Of a DNA stretch of 64,000 nt, positions 20,941 to 30,104 are shown one piece after another. The DNA is from an uncultured Planctomycetia bacterium (GTDB lineage Bacteria > Omnitrophota > Gorgyraeia > Tantalellales > Tantalellaceae), in assembly GCA_964572255.1 (NCBI GenBank), contig CAZNEE010000001.1, positions 2,223-66,222 of the forward strand, in the 5' to 3' direction. The translations under genes and the position numbers were made by a program. The notes under the pieces are model-generated. The model was not told the DNA's origin. It saw only the letters and a program-made list of their open reading frames with translations, and did no database searches. Position 1 is the stretch's first letter; each line of letters opens with the position of its first letter.

Positions 20941-21807
20941 ATGAGAAAGATGAGAATTTTGTTTTTATGCATGATTTTTGTTTTTAACATTGCTTTTATA
21001 GTTCCTTCCTGGGCGGAGGCAGTCAGAGTGTCTTCTTTAGCGGGTGATGTTAAGATCATTCCCGCAGGCGAGACTAAAGAAGTTGCCTGCACACCGGAGA
21101 TGGAATTGAAGCCGGGAGACCGTATCCTTACGGGGGATGAATCCCGTTTGGAGATGTATTTTGATAAAGCAAAACAAAATACCGCCACAGTTGAGTCCAA
21201 CAGCAATGTTGTTATTAGACTTCAAGAGGAAGATAAGATAGAGCTTATAGACGGCGAGCTCATAACGGCGTTAAATGACCTCGGCAAAGGCGAGGTTTTT
21301 AGGGTACGTACGCCTTCTGCGGTATGCGGCGCGAGAGGCACTATATGGGATACAGCTGTAATAAAAGGAGTAACTACGATTTCTACCTTAAAGGATAGGG
21401 TGTTTGTACGCGGCGTAAATAAAGACGGCTCTGTTATGGAGAAGGAATTCTGGGTCAAAGAAGGCTATGAAAGAAAGATCAAGAAGTTTGAACGGCCGGA
21501 AAAAATGCTGAAAATTTCAAGGGACAGGTTCGAAAAATTAAGAGAAAAAGCCGATATTAAGAAAAAAGAGAAAAAAGTTCCGGTAAGCAAGAAAAAGGCC
21601 CGCATGTTAGATAGGGCAAGAAGAGAGAGAAAGATGGACAGGATAGAGAAAATCGAAGAAAAAGACAGAGTTCTGGAAGACATTTCGGATATAAGGGACA
21701 AGTCCGTAACGAACGTGATAGAACAAAAGGACGAAACAAGGTTGGACAGCGTTCGCGATAAGCTTGATGACAGCAGCAACACCGGCACTAGAATTACAAA
21801 ACCTTAA
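20941..21807 (+). CDS. FecR-domain-like secreted protein, paralog 1, with highly charged K/R/D/E C-terminal tail
   Basis: Signal peptide; 'FRVRTPSAVCGARGTIWDT...VFVRG' FecR-like pattern; ORF-track start 20893 overlaps mlaD, ATG 20941 preferred. Confidence 0.5.
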   Translation: MRKMRILFLCMIFVFNIAFIVPSWAEAVRVSSLAGDVKIIPAGETKEVACTPEMELKPGDRILTGDESRLEMYFDKAKQNTATVESNSNVVIRLQEEDKIELIDGELITALNDLGKGEVFRVRTPSAVCGARGTIWDTAVIKGVTTISTLKDRVFVRGVNKDGSVMEKEFWVKEGYERKIKKFERPEKMLKISRDRFEKLREKADIKKKEKKVPVSKKKARMLDRARRERKMDRIEKIEEKDRVLEDISDIRDKSVTNVIEQKDETRLDSVRDKLDDSSNTGTRITKP

Positions 21808-21823
21808 AGGGGAGTTGTTGGAC

Positions 21824-22588
21824 ATGAAAAAATATACAATAAATGTAATTTGTTCTCTGGCAATAAGTTGCGTCTTTTTTATATCATTTGCATTTGCTGA
21901 CACGGTAAAGGTAGTTTCTTTTACGGGTGATGTGGAGATAACACCGTCCGGTGAGGCAAAAAGCGTGAAACCCGAACTTAACATGCCGGTTAAAACGGGA
22001 ACCCGTATAGTTACGGGCAAAAAATCATATTTAAATATGGTGTTTGATGAAGAAAAGAAGAATGTTGTAAAAGTCGGCGAGAACAGTGATGTTGTGATCA
22101 AGCTTGAGAAAGAGAATAAGATCCAGCTCGTGGATGGGGACCTGTATGTTTTATTGGAAAAACTTCCGGCTGAAAGCGTTTTTGAAGTGGAAACGCCTTG
22201 TGCGGTTTGCGGTGTTCGCGGTACCGGCTGGCACACTAAAGGCACTAAGAAATTCACCGATGTGACCGTATTTAACGGTAAAGTTTTTGTTCAGGGGAAG
22301 AATAAAGACGGCTCCGTCATGGATGAGAAATTCTGGGTGAAAGAAGGCTACAAGGTAAGGACAAAAAAGCATAAGTCACCCGGGAAGATGACAAAGGTTT
22401 CAAGAACATTGCTTAATAAATTAAAAAACCAGTTTAAAAATAATAAAAAAAGGGACAGAAAAGGTTCAGATAAATTTGATGACCGGAGAGAAGGCATAAT
22501 CGAACGCAAGGATGAAGGCAGGATAGACAAGATACGCGATAAGCTCGACGAGAAGAAGGAAAGCGGCGGGCATTATTTAGAGATTTAG
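21824..22588 (+). CDS. FecR-domain-like secreted protein, paralog 2
   Basis: Collinear with paralog 1 ('FEVETPCAVCGVRGTGWHT...VFVQG'); same charged tail architecture. Confidence 0.5.
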   Translation: MKKYTINVICSLAISCVFFISFAFADTVKVVSFTGDVEITPSGEAKSVKPELNMPVKTGTRIVTGKKSYLNMVFDEEKKNVVKVGENSDVVIKLEKENKIQLVDGDLYVLLEKLPAESVFEVETPCAVCGVRGTGWHTKGTKKFTDVTVFNGKVFVQGKNKDGSVMDEKFWVKEGYKVRTKKHKSPGKMTKVSRTLLNKLKNQFKNNKKRDRKGSDKFDDRREGIIERKDEGRIDKIRDKLDEKKESGGHYLEI

Positions 22589-22642
22589 GGGGAAGATAAT
22601 AATCAAAAAGCCTACTATCTTTGAGGGAAGGGCGGTAAATAA

Positions 22643-23701
22643 GTGAAAAGACATATAACGGACGTAAAAAGGGTGATATTCTTATGTATTTTTGTTTTTA
22701 CATGTTTTTCAGTGAAAGGCAACGATCTTGCAGCTGAAGAAAGATTGCAGGAAGAAATACAGGATAAGTATCCGGCCGCGGCTATTATGCCGCCCGAAAA
22801 AGAATACGAAGAATATAAGGTTGATTATTTGGAAAATTTTGAAGTAAGAGGGTCATTTGACCTTCAGCAGGGATTTGATAATAATGTCGATCTGGATTCA
22901 AAACGGCATAAAGACGGGTTTCTTCAGGCGATAGGGGATCTGGAAGTTGCTTACAAGATGTCAGAGGAACTCAAGCTAAAAGCGGGCGGGGACATATTCA
23001 GCATTTTATATTATAAATACAACTCAAATAATATATTTGATATAGAGCCATACGTGGGTTTTGATTACGAGATCATTCCGGGTCTTGTTTCCATAAATCG
23101 CTGCAGTTATGATTATTTCTCATATCCGAATTCACATGAAAGTACTTTTTCCGCGATCGAACTCTCAACAGCCCTCAGGCATTATTTAACCGAGGATCTT
23201 TATCATAGCCTGGAATATGAATACAGTCATCGCTGGTACGCCGACTGGAAGGTCAGCATGGAAGATTCAAGAAAGGGCGATAATGACCGGGAAGATAACC
23301 GTAATACTATCACGCATAAGATACGCTTTTTTTTCGCACAGTTAATTTTAAAACTTAATAACGAGCTTATTTTCGTTGATTCTAATCACAAGTATCAGGA
23401 TTATTATGATTCCTGGAAGTATTCGGTAAAACCGGGGATCATGTATTTTCTTACCGACCAGTTATATACTGATATCAGTTTCAGGTATAAACATACGAAT
23501 TATAAGAACAGGCGCAGTTCAGAGGACGTGAACAAGAAGGTGAGGGATAATACCTATACTTTAAGCGCGGCGCTTTATTATGACCTTACAAAAAATATGA
23601 CCCTGGAGGTCAGTTACTCGTATAGTGAAAATGATTCAAATGATCCGTTCAATAAATATTCCGGCAGCATAGTTTCCGGCGGAATATATTACAGTTTCTG
23701 A
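22643..23701 (+). CDS. Hypothetical outer-membrane beta-barrel-like protein
   Basis: Signal peptide, alternating aromatic-rich strands, C-terminal '...YYSF' aromatic terminus typical of OMPs; weak. Confidence 0.3.
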   Translation: MKRHITDVKRVIFLCIFVFTCFSVKGNDLAAEERLQEEIQDKYPAAAIMPPEKEYEEYKVDYLENFEVRGSFDLQQGFDNNVDLDSKRHKDGFLQAIGDLEVAYKMSEELKLKAGGDIFSILYYKYNSNNIFDIEPYVGFDYEIIPGLVSINRCSYDYFSYPNSHESTFSAIELSTALRHYLTEDLYHSLEYEYSHRWYADWKVSMEDSRKGDNDREDNRNTITHKIRFFFAQLILKLNNELIFVDSNHKYQDYYDSWKYSVKPGIMYFLTDQLYTDISFRYKHTNYKNRRSSEDVNKKVRDNTYTLSAALYYDLTKNMTLEVSYSYSENDSNDPFNKYSGSIVSGGIYYSF

Positions 23702-23717
23702 TGCCCGCCCTGTATCC

Positions 23718-25631
23718 ATGAAGAAATTTGATAGAAGCAAATTTACATATTTTGTCCTCAGTGCATTCATAATATCGCTTTTTCTTTTCTTTTCATATTC
23801 CCGCGCCCTGGATGAGTTTGAATACAGCCTGTTGGACCTGAGGTATAAACTCAGGCCCGTTCTTCCTGTCGATAAGAATATCGTTATAGTTGAGATCGCG
23901 GATGATTCTATAGAAAAACTCGGCAAATGGCCCTTCCCCCGCAAATATCATGCACTTATGGTAAAGGCGCTGAAGTCGGCCGGCGCAAAAAAAATAGTTT
24001 TCGACATATTCTTCAGCGAAGAAAAAGAAGGGGATGAAGAGCTCGCGTCAGCGATCAAAGAGGAAGGCAATGTATACCTCCCGTACGTTTTTGATCTGGA
24101 TCTAAGCGGACCGGATAAAAGCTTTTTGCAGGCCAGAGGATATGCGGCGGAAATAGTGGATATTCTGAAGAATGTTGCTAAGGGAGAAGGCTTTATAAAT
24201 GCCGTACCCGATCCTGACGGTAAAATACGCAGGATCCCGCTTTTTATCGGATATAAGGGGATGTTCTATCCTCACATGACTTTTTTGGTGTCTCTGAATT
24301 ACATGGGGGCTTCATTTGATAAGGTCAAAATAGCCCCCGGCAGGAAGATCATCGTTGATAAGAACTTTACGGTGCCTATAGACGATACTTCCATGATGTT
24401 GGTGAATTATCCCGGGCCATGGGGGAAGGCATTTCGCCATTATTCATATGTGGATATTATGCAGTCATATCTTGCGGATATTACCAATAAGGAACCCGTA
24501 CTGGATCTGGCGGAACTAAAAGATGCTGTCTGTTTTGTCGGTCTCACCGCCACGGCCGCGCTTGATGCCCATCCTTCTCCGACAGAGCCCCTTTATCCCG
24601 GGGTGGGCGTACATGCCAGCTTATTGAACAGCATGATCCATAAAAGTTTTTTAATGAGATTGAACAGGTGGTGGAATCTTCTAATACTCATCATTATGTG
24701 GGTTATTACAACCCTTATAACTATAAGAGTCAGAAAAAGGTTCGGGTTTTTATCTATAATTTTGATCATACTGGCTTTTTCCTCTATTGCGATCCTGCTT
24801 TTCTATCCTTTCGGGATATGGATAGACATGTTCTATCCTATATTTACCATGGTAGGCATTTATATTGTTTTTACGTTCAGAAAATATGTCAAAGAAACTC
24901 AAAGAAGAGAGCTTTTGGAAAAAGAACTGAACATCGCCAAAGAGATACAGAGAAGCTTCCTGCCTCTTGAGATCCCCAAAGTGGGAGAACTTGATATCGA
25001 TGTTGAGATGTTGACCGCACGCCAGGTAGGAGGCGATCTTTATGATGTGGTTAAGCTGGATGATACAAAAGCGGGAGTCATGATAGGGGATGTGGCGGGC
25101 AAGGGCGTACCGGCCTCTCTTTTTATGGCAAGGGTAGTAACTGAATTCAAGACTTTTATAGGCCAGGGATCGCCGCAAGAGATATTAAAAAAGCTTAATG
25201 ACAGATTTGTTTCCGAGGGGACAGGGAACCTTTTTGTTACACTGACATATATGGTTGTGGATACCGGATCAAAAAGGATCGAATTCGCAAGCGGCGGGCA
25301 TTTGCCCATAATTCTTGTTGAAGCTGACGGTAAGGTCGAATTTCTTGATGTGGAAGAAGGGTTGCCTTTGGGATTAGCCGAAAGTGTTTTTTCTCTTGGG
25401 AAACGGAATTATAAACCGGGAAGCGTATTTCTGCTCTATACAGACGGAGTTACGGAGGCAATGAACATAAAGGATGAAATGTTCGGAAAAGAAAAATTGA
25501 CTAAGCTGCTCTTGGCGCTAAAAGAAAGACCTTCTGAGGAGATAGTTAAAGGAGTTCAGAAAGCCGTGGAAGAATACGCAGGACGAGCGGCTCAGCACGA
25601 TGACATTACCGTTATTGCGATAAAGACATAG
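23718..25631 (+). CDS. CHASE2 sensor - PP2C/SpoIIE-type serine phosphatase (RsbU-like)
   Basis: Periplasmic CHASE2-like N-domain, 3-4 TM helices, C-terminal PP2C motifs 'GGDLYDV', 'GDVAGKGVPASLFM', 'YTDGVTEA'. Confidence 0.75.
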   Translation: MKKFDRSKFTYFVLSAFIISLFLFFSYSRALDEFEYSLLDLRYKLRPVLPVDKNIVIVEIADDSIEKLGKWPFPRKYHALMVKALKSAGAKKIVFDIFFSEEKEGDEELASAIKEEGNVYLPYVFDLDLSGPDKSFLQARGYAAEIVDILKNVAKGEGFINAVPDPDGKIRRIPLFIGYKGMFYPHMTFLVSLNYMGASFDKVKIAPGRKIIVDKNFTVPIDDTSMMLVNYPGPWGKAFRHYSYVDIMQSYLADITNKEPVLDLAELKDAVCFVGLTATAALDAHPSPTEPLYPGVGVHASLLNSMIHKSFLMRLNRWWNLLILIIMWVITTLITIRVRKRFGFLSIILIILAFSSIAILLFYPFGIWIDMFYPIFTMVGIYIVFTFRKYVKETQRRELLEKELNIAKEIQRSFLPLEIPKVGELDIDVEMLTARQVGGDLYDVVKLDDTKAGVMIGDVAGKGVPASLFMARVVTEFKTFIGQGSPQEILKKLNDRFVSEGTGNLFVTLTYMVVDTGSKRIEFASGGHLPIILVEADGKVEFLDVEEGLPLGLAESVFSLGKRNYKPGSVFLLYTDGVTEAMNIKDEMFGKEKLTKLLLALKERPSEEIVKGVQKAVEEYAGRAAQHDDITVIAIKT

Positions 25632-25642
25632 AAAGGAAAAAG

Positions 25643-27286
25643 ATGAAATTGGAACTTAGGAGGCTCAAAAATTTTACACCAAGAAAAGGTCCGCTCCTTT
25701 TAATGATCATGGATGGTGTGGGATTAGGCAAACAGGATGAGTCTAACGGAGTTTACGTGGCCAATACCCCTTGTCTTGATAAATTATTTAAAAGCGAACT
25801 TTTCACCAAACTGCAGGCGCATGGGACAGCTGTAGGGCTTCCGACTGATGAAGATATGGGTAATAGCGAGGTAGGGCACAACGCGCTCGGAGCCGGAAGG
25901 GTTTTCGCTCAAGGGGCAAAACTGGTGGATAATTCCATAGAGGACGGTTCTCTGTTCGAGGGAGAGACCTGGAAAGATCTTGTGGGTAGAGTTAAGTGCG
26001 GGACCGGAGAACAGGCAGCTTTCCATTTCATAGGTCTTTTATCTGACGGTAATGTTCATTCCCATACAGATCAGTTATATGCCATGGTGAACCGGCTTGC
26101 TGAAGACGGTGTTAAAAAGGTTCGTATTCACGCGCTTTTAGACGGGCGTGACGTTCCCGAAAAATCGGCATTAACTTATATAGGCAAAACAGAAGATGTC
26201 TTGGAGAAAATAAAGCGGGAGAAGGGCTATGACTATCGAATAGCTTCCGGCGGCGGCAGGATGGTCACTACTATGGACAGGTATGAAGCGGATTGGTCTG
26301 TGGTTGAAAGAGGCTGGGATGCGCATGTTCTCGGTAAAGGAAGATTTTTTAGATCAGCCAAAGAAGCGGTAGAAACATATTATAAAGAGGACCCCACCAT
26401 GACCGATCAGTATATGGATTCTTTTGTTATAGCGGAGAACGGCAAACCGATAGGGAGTATTGAGAATGGGGATTCGGTAGTATTTTTTAATTTTAGAGGC
26501 GATAGGGCTATTGAGATATCAAGAGCATTTGATGAGGCGGATTTTTCAAAGTTTGACAGGGAAAGAGTTCCCGATGTTTTATATGCGGGAATGATGGAGT
26601 ATGATGGAGATGAACATATACCCAAGCATTATCTGGTAAATCCTCCCGAGATCGACAGAACCCTCAGCGAATATCTCTGTTCGGCAGGCGTGAAGATGTT
26701 CGCCATATCCGAAACACAAAAATTCGGCCATGTGACATATTTCTGGAACGGGAACAAATCAGGCTATGTATGCAAAGGTCTTGAAGAATATTATGAAATA
26801 CCGTCTGATAAGATCCAGTTCGATAAAGCGCCCAAGATGAAAGCTGAAGAGATAGCCGATAAAACTATCGAGCTCTTAAAAAGCAATAAATTCGCCTTTG
26901 GGAGGCTCAATTTCGCTAATGGCGACATGGTAGGGCACACGGCCGTACCGAAAGCGATTATCACCGCCATGGAAACCGTTGATTCCTGCGTGCAGAAACT
27001 TCTGGATGTTGTCAGGGAGCTCGGGGGTATTGCCATAGTAACGGCCGATCATGGCAATTCTGAAGAGATGTTCACAATAGATAAGGACGGGAAAAAGCAT
27101 GTACCCAAAACCGCACATACTTTGAATCCCGTGCCTTTTATAATATATGATCCGCAGTATGCCGGTGAATATAAAATGGCTGATTTAGAGAGAAGGGGCT
27201 TATCTAATGTAGCAGGTACGATCCTGAACCTGCTCGGGTTTGAGAACGTGGAAGATTATGACCCTTCTTTAATAACGTTTAAATAG
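25643..27286 (+). CDS. gpmI: 2,3-bisphosphoglycerate-independent phosphoglycerate mutase
   Basis: 'MDGVGLG', 'GNSEVGHNALGAGR', 'TADHGN' iPGM signatures. Confidence 0.85.
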   Translation: MKLELRRLKNFTPRKGPLLLMIMDGVGLGKQDESNGVYVANTPCLDKLFKSELFTKLQAHGTAVGLPTDEDMGNSEVGHNALGAGRVFAQGAKLVDNSIEDGSLFEGETWKDLVGRVKCGTGEQAAFHFIGLLSDGNVHSHTDQLYAMVNRLAEDGVKKVRIHALLDGRDVPEKSALTYIGKTEDVLEKIKREKGYDYRIASGGGRMVTTMDRYEADWSVVERGWDAHVLGKGRFFRSAKEAVETYYKEDPTMTDQYMDSFVIAENGKPIGSIENGDSVVFFNFRGDRAIEISRAFDEADFSKFDRERVPDVLYAGMMEYDGDEHIPKHYLVNPPEIDRTLSEYLCSAGVKMFAISETQKFGHVTYFWNGNKSGYVCKGLEEYYEIPSDKIQFDKAPKMKAEEIADKTIELLKSNKFAFGRLNFANGDMVGHTAVPKAIITAMETVDSCVQKLLDVVRELGGIAIVTADHGNSEEMFTIDKDGKKHVPKTAHTLNPVPFIIYDPQYAGEYKMADLERRGLSNVAGTILNLLGFENVEDYDPSLITFK

Positions 27287-27290
27287 TTGC

Positions 27291-27319
27291 TTGACTTATA
27301 TATAGTGAAATAATAAAAT
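27291..27319 (+). promoter_or_regulatory. Sigma70-like promoter TTGACT-N17-TAAAAT upstream of tRNA pair
   Basis: Seen directly; hexamers at 27291-27296 and 27314-27319. Confidence 0.35.
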
Positions 27320-27344
27320 TATTTCCTGTTTTATTTATCTTTTT

Positions 27345-27432
27345 GCCGGAGTGGTGAAATTGGCAGACGCGCTGGACTCAAAATCCAGTGGGGTATCCCC
27401 CCGTGTGGGTTCGACTCCCACCTCCGGCACCA
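27345..27432 (+). tRNA. tRNA-Leu (anticodon CAA), class II with long variable arm, CCA encoded
   Basis: Acceptor GCCGGAG/CTCCGGC, anticodon loop CU-CAA-AA, long extra arm, T-loop GGTTCGACTCC. Confidence 0.85.
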
Positions 27433-27439
27433 CTTGAGT

Positions 27440-27515
27440 GGGGCTGTAGCTCAGCTGGAAGAGCGCGTGCATGGCATGCATGAGGTCAGGGGTTCGATCC
27501 CCCTCAGCTCCACCA
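27440..27515 (+). tRNA. tRNA-Ala (anticodon GGC), CCA encoded
   Basis: G3:U70 identity pair in acceptor stem, anticodon loop AU-GGC-AU, T-loop GGTTCGATCCC; followed by T-run. Confidence 0.85.
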
Positions 27516-27625
27516 TTTTTCCCGCAAAAATTTTTTGATTCATTCCTTTTTTGTGTCGTATTTCTTGCTATATATATTTATTTTAAGTACACTTTGTTAT
27601 TGAGAAGGCAATATGTATTTTTTTA

Positions 27626-27653
27626 TTGACAAAAGGCAATAATTAAATATACT
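27626..27653 (+). promoter_or_regulatory. Sigma70-like promoter TTGACA-N16-TATACT upstream of speH
   Basis: Consensus -35 at 27626-27631, -10 at 27648-27653. Confidence 0.4.
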
Positions 27654-27760
27654 TTAACCCAAAAGTTAAAAAGTTCTGGGCGAATAAGTTAATAGGGGTT
27701 TTTTAACTCTGTTTTTTGTTAAACCCCTTAACAAAAAAAACTTAAAAATGGAGGGCAAAA

Positions 27761-28177
27761 ATGAAAGATGCCACCAAAGAAAGTTTTGGTCCGCATTTAA
27801 TGCTAGATCTTAGTGAGTGCAATCCGGACAAACTGAGCGATTATAATCATGTATTCAACATCTTGGATGAGTTGCCTGATAAAATAGGCATGACAAAGAT
27901 CACACAGCCTTATGTATTCCCGTATTCGGGTTTGGTCCCCGAAGACAAGGGGATAACAGGCACGGTTATAATTGCAGAGAGCCATATATCCATCCACTCT
28001 TTTCAAGAGAAAGATTATTGTTTTGTCGATGTATTTTCATGTAAACATTTCGATGTAGATCTTGCCGCTGAATATCTTATAAGCGCTTTCGAGTCAAAAA
28101 AATATGAGAAATATGTTGTTAATCGCGGCAAGGATTTTGTGAGATACAGACAAAACGAACTTGCAGCTGCCGCTTAA
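27761..28177 (+). CDS. speH: S-adenosylmethionine decarboxylase proenzyme (class 1b, pyruvoyl-dependent)
   Basis: Self-cleavage region 'IIAESHISIHSF', size ~138 aa. Confidence 0.8.
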   Translation: MKDATKESFGPHLMLDLSECNPDKLSDYNHVFNILDELPDKIGMTKITQPYVFPYSGLVPEDKGITGTVIIAESHISIHSFQEKDYCFVDVFSCKHFDVDLAAEYLISAFESKKYEKYVVNRGKDFVRYRQNELAAAA

Positions 28178-28198
28178 CTGACAAAAAGGTAAGCGGTC

Positions 28199-29065
28199 AT
28201 GGAAAAATACAATAATTTTGGTGCTCTTGAAGAGTCTTTTATCGACCCGGATACTTCAGAAATAGCTGTCCTGTCGGTTCCATATGATGAAACAAGTACC
28301 TGGATTAAGGGGGCTGATAAAGGCCCCCTTGCTATTATTAAGGCCTCCTCAGCGCTTGAAGTCTATGATATAGAGACAGACTCGGAAGTTTACAAAAAAG
28401 GCATATATACGTGCCCTGCCATTAAAACTAATGCTTCGCCTGAAGATATGTCCGGTGAAGTCGAAAATAAGGTCAGTGGTCTTATTAATGCCGGAAAATT
28501 CGTCGTTATTTTAGGCGGGGAGCATTCGGTAAGTATAGGAGCGATAAAAGCGCATAATTCTAAATTTAAAGACCTTTCGGTGCTTCAGTTCGATGCCCAC
28601 GCTGACCTAAGAGATGAATATGAAGGAAGCAAGTATAATCACGCGTGCGTAATGGCCCGCGTTAAGGAGATCGCACCTTTTGTTCAGGTCGGCATACGCA
28701 GCATGAGTGTTGAAGAAAAAGACAAACTCGACGCCTCAAGTACCTTTTTTGCAAAAGATATTAATGGCGGGGATATTTGGATCAATAAAGTGGTCGAAAA
28801 ACTCACCTCAAATGTTTATGTAAGCATAGATCTGGATGTTTTTGATCCGTCAATCATGCCTTCGACAGGGACGCCTGAACCGGGAGGATTAACGTGGTAT
28901 CAGGTATTACGTCTTTTAAAGGCTGTCAGCGAGAGCAAGAACGTGGTAGGATTTGATGTAGTCGAATTATGTCCTATGGAAAATAACAGTGCTCCGGATT
29001 TTGCCGCAGCCAAACTTATTTATAAATTTTTAAGTTACATATATGAAAACAGGTCAAAAAAATAG
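28199..29065 (+). CDS. speB: Agmatinase (arginase/ureohydrolase family)
   Basis: 'GGEHSVSIG', 'DAHADL', 'SIDLDVFDP' manganese-binding motifs. Confidence 0.8.
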   Translation: MEKYNNFGALEESFIDPDTSEIAVLSVPYDETSTWIKGADKGPLAIIKASSALEVYDIETDSEVYKKGIYTCPAIKTNASPEDMSGEVENKVSGLINAGKFVVILGGEHSVSIGAIKAHNSKFKDLSVLQFDAHADLRDEYEGSKYNHACVMARVKEIAPFVQVGIRSMSVEEKDKLDASSTFFAKDINGGDIWINKVVEKLTSNVYVSIDLDVFDPSIMPSTGTPEPGGLTWYQVLRLLKAVSESKNVVGFDVVELCPMENNSAPDFAAAKLIYKFLSYIYENRSKK

Positions 29066-29068
29066 AGA

Positions 29069-30094
29069 GTGACAGGGATGAAAAAAAAAGACTTATTGAA
29101 AAAAACCGTAAAACATATAGATATAAAAAGTTTTGATGCTACCAAGATAATCAAATCCATGGAAGACATGTCGTTCACGGCCCGCGATCTTGCCCGCGGC
29201 GCCGAGATATTCGATATGATGCTCCGCGACAAGAACTGCACGACGATACTTTCTCTCGCAGGAAGCACTTCTGCGGGCGGATGCATGCAGGTCTATGTCG
29301 ATATGGTCAAAAATAATATGATCGACGCCGTTGTTGCCACGGGCGCGAGTATAGTGGACATGGATTTTTTTGAAGCATTGGGATTTAAACACTATAAAGG
29401 AACTCAGCATATCGATGACAATAAGCTGAGAGATCTTTATATTGACAGAATATACGATACGTTCATCGATGAAGAAGAGCTTCAACTTTGCGATAAAACG
29501 ATAACTGAAATAGCTGACTCACTCGAAAGGCGCCCTTATTCATCCAGGGAATTCATTCTCGAGATGGGTAAATACCTGAAAAAGAACGCCAAAAAGAAGG
29601 ACTCATTGGTCCAAACCGCATATGAGAAAAATGTTCCTGTCTTTTGTCCGGCATTTTCAGATTCCAGCGCGGGCTTCGGCCTTGTTCTTCATCAATGGAA
29701 AAACAGGAAAGAGCATATCTCTATCGATTCAGTGAAAGATTTTCTTGAGCTTACCGAGATAAAAATGGCTTCAAAAGATTCGGGGCTTTTAATTATAGGA
29801 GGGGGAGTACCCAAGAATTTTATCCAGGATACGGTTGTTTGTGCTGAAGTATTGGGAAAAGAAGCGAACATGCACAAGTACGCCGTGCAAATAACAGTTG
29901 CCGATGTGCGTGACGGCGCATGTTCAAGCTCAACGCTTAAAGAAGCATCTTCATGGGGCAAAGTTGACACCAGTTATGAACAAATGGTATACGCTGAAGC
30001 TACATCAGTCCTGCCGCTTTTGGCAAGCTACGCTTATCATAAAGGAAGCTGGAAGAAAAGAAAAAGAAGAGAATGGGCAAAGTTATTCAAATAA
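29069..30094 (+). CDS. Deoxyhypusine synthase-like protein (bacterial polyamine-cluster type; possible homospermidine synthase-like)
   Basis: 'IGGGVPKNFIQD' DHS NAD-binding motif, 'LAGSTSAGG' region. Confidence 0.65.
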   Translation: MTGMKKKDLLKKTVKHIDIKSFDATKIIKSMEDMSFTARDLARGAEIFDMMLRDKNCTTILSLAGSTSAGGCMQVYVDMVKNNMIDAVVATGASIVDMDFFEALGFKHYKGTQHIDDNKLRDLYIDRIYDTFIDEEELQLCDKTITEIADSLERRPYSSREFILEMGKYLKKNAKKKDSLVQTAYEKNVPVFCPAFSDSSAGFGLVLHQWKNRKEHISIDSVKDFLELTEIKMASKDSGLLIIGGGVPKNFIQDTVVCAEVLGKEANMHKYAVQITVADVRDGACSSSTLKEASSWGKVDTSYEQMVYAEATSVLPLLASYAYHKGSWKKRKRREWAKLFK

Positions 30095-30104
30095 AGCGAT
30101 CATA

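Noticed and set aside
21607-22257. 216-aa minus-strand ORF antisense to the two FecR-like genes
   Set aside because: Low-complexity S/T/F-rich translation mirroring the K/R/D/E-rich sense strand. Typical antisense shadow ORF with no start context.
24668-24970. 100-aa plus-strand ORF inside the CHASE2-PP2C gene
   Set aside because: Alternative frame within the membrane-spanning region of a well-supported gene.
27287-27760. Possible additional tRNA or ncRNA in the 470-nt tRNA-containing intergenic region
   Set aside because: Only two cloverleafs (Leu-CAA, Ala-GGC) fold. The remainder is AT-rich promoter/terminator sequence.
29898-30104. Upstream in-frame extension of leuS in ORF track (887 aa model)
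   Set aside because: The extension overlaps the DHS-like gene and lacks conservation. The canonical LeuRS N-terminus 'MEQYKPADIEKKWQ' begins at ATG 30105.
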